A DNA stretch of 64,000 nt from contig JAUCBJ010005785.1 in assembly GCA_032718475.1 (NCBI GenBank), positions 1 to 64,000 of the forward strand. Reading direction: 5' to 3'. A program made the translations under genes and the position numbers. Under the pieces are notes generated by a model. The model was not told where the DNA came from, did no database searches, and saw nothing but the letters and a program-made list of their open reading frames with translations. This DNA is from Nemertoderma westbladi (lineage: Eukaryota > Animalia > Xenacoelomorpha). Below, piece after piece: positions 63,127 through 64,000 of this stretch; the stretch's first letter is position 1, and each line of letters begins with the position of its first letter.

Positions 63127-63251
63127 GAATTCTTCCTTGTATGCGGTAATTTCACATGAAAGCTCCATCTTTTGAGCCGGACCACAGTTGCTATGGTTGT
63201 AGTATTCCCTGCCACAATAGTTTCACCGTATGTTTCGGCCTCGCTTCGCAA

Positions 63252-64000
63252 GTATGTTTGATTGTCTATTTTTATTGAGTCGGTTTATTGTGTAAGTATG
63301 TTTGTTTGTCTATTTTTATTGAGGCGGCCTATTGCTTAAGTATGTTTGATTATCCATTTTTATTGAGTCGGCCTATTGTGTAAGTATGTTTGTTTGTCTA
63401 TTTTTATTGAGGCGGCCTATTGCTTAAGTATGTTTGATTGTCTGTTGTTATTGAGTCGGCCTATTGTGTAATTTTTTTGATTGTCTGTTTTTATTGTGTC
63501 GGCCTATTTTGTGAGTTTGTTTGATTGTCTGTTTTTATTGAGTCGGTTTATTGCTTAAGTATGTTTGATTATCTGTTTTTATTGAGTCGGTTTATTGTTT
63601 AAGTATGTTTGATTATCCATTTTTATTGAGTCGGCCTATTGTGTAAGTATGTTTGTTTGTCTATTTTTATTGAGGCGGCCTATTGCTTAAGTATGTTTGA
63701 TTGTCTGTTGTTATTGAGTCGGCCTATTGTGTAATTTTTTTGATTGTCTGTTTTTATTGTGTCGGCCTATTTTGTGAGTTTGTTTGATTGTCTGTTTTTA
63801 TTGAGTCGGTTTATTGCTTAAGTATGTTTGATTATCTGTTTTTATTGAGTCGGTTTATTGTTTAAGTATGTTTGATTATCCATTTTTATTGAGTCGGCCT
63901 ATTGTGTAAGTATGTTTGTTTGTCTATTTTTATTGAGGCGGCCTATTGCTTAAGTATGTTTGATTGTCTGTTGTTATTGAGTCGGCCTATTGTGTAATTT
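63252..64000. repeat. Satellite, 44-bp unit with about 263-bp higher-order period; runs off the window
   Basis: Unit GTATGTTTGATTGTCTATTTTTATTGAGTCGGTTTATTGTGTAA; the ATTATCCATT variant recurs at 63340, 63603 and 63866. Confidence 0.93.

Noticed and set aside
62542-63251. ITLHY-repeat ORFs
   Set aside because: Translation of the pentanucleotide microsatellite.

Overview
Animal (invertebrate-type) nuclear DNA with AT-rich intergenic sequence, GT-AG introns and many transposon remnants. Recognisable genes are a TAK1/MAP3K7-like kinase (2 exons), two small single-pass Cys-rich Shisa-like/STMC6 paralogues (one with a 1-nt frameshift), an intronless Prospero/Prox gene, an intronless Tob gene, an intronless GNPTAB gene, and five phase-compatible internal exons of a ZZEF1-like gene. 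Main observation: the whole GNPTAB gene lies antisense inside a ZZEF1 intron. The first visible ZZEF1 exon is mid-protein and I found no earlier one, so the other intron-poor genes may sit in one giant intron of the same host gene. The window also has five minisatellite arrays (38, 69, 30, 29 and 44 bp units; the 29-bp array amplifies a ZZEF1 exon/splice-donor junction), many RTE-clade LINE fragments (one with a tRNA-like head, one self-inserted with a long duplication), an RTEX remnant, several MITE/foldback elements and repeated CTCF-like motifs. Homology calls are from motif recognition and memory, not from searches.
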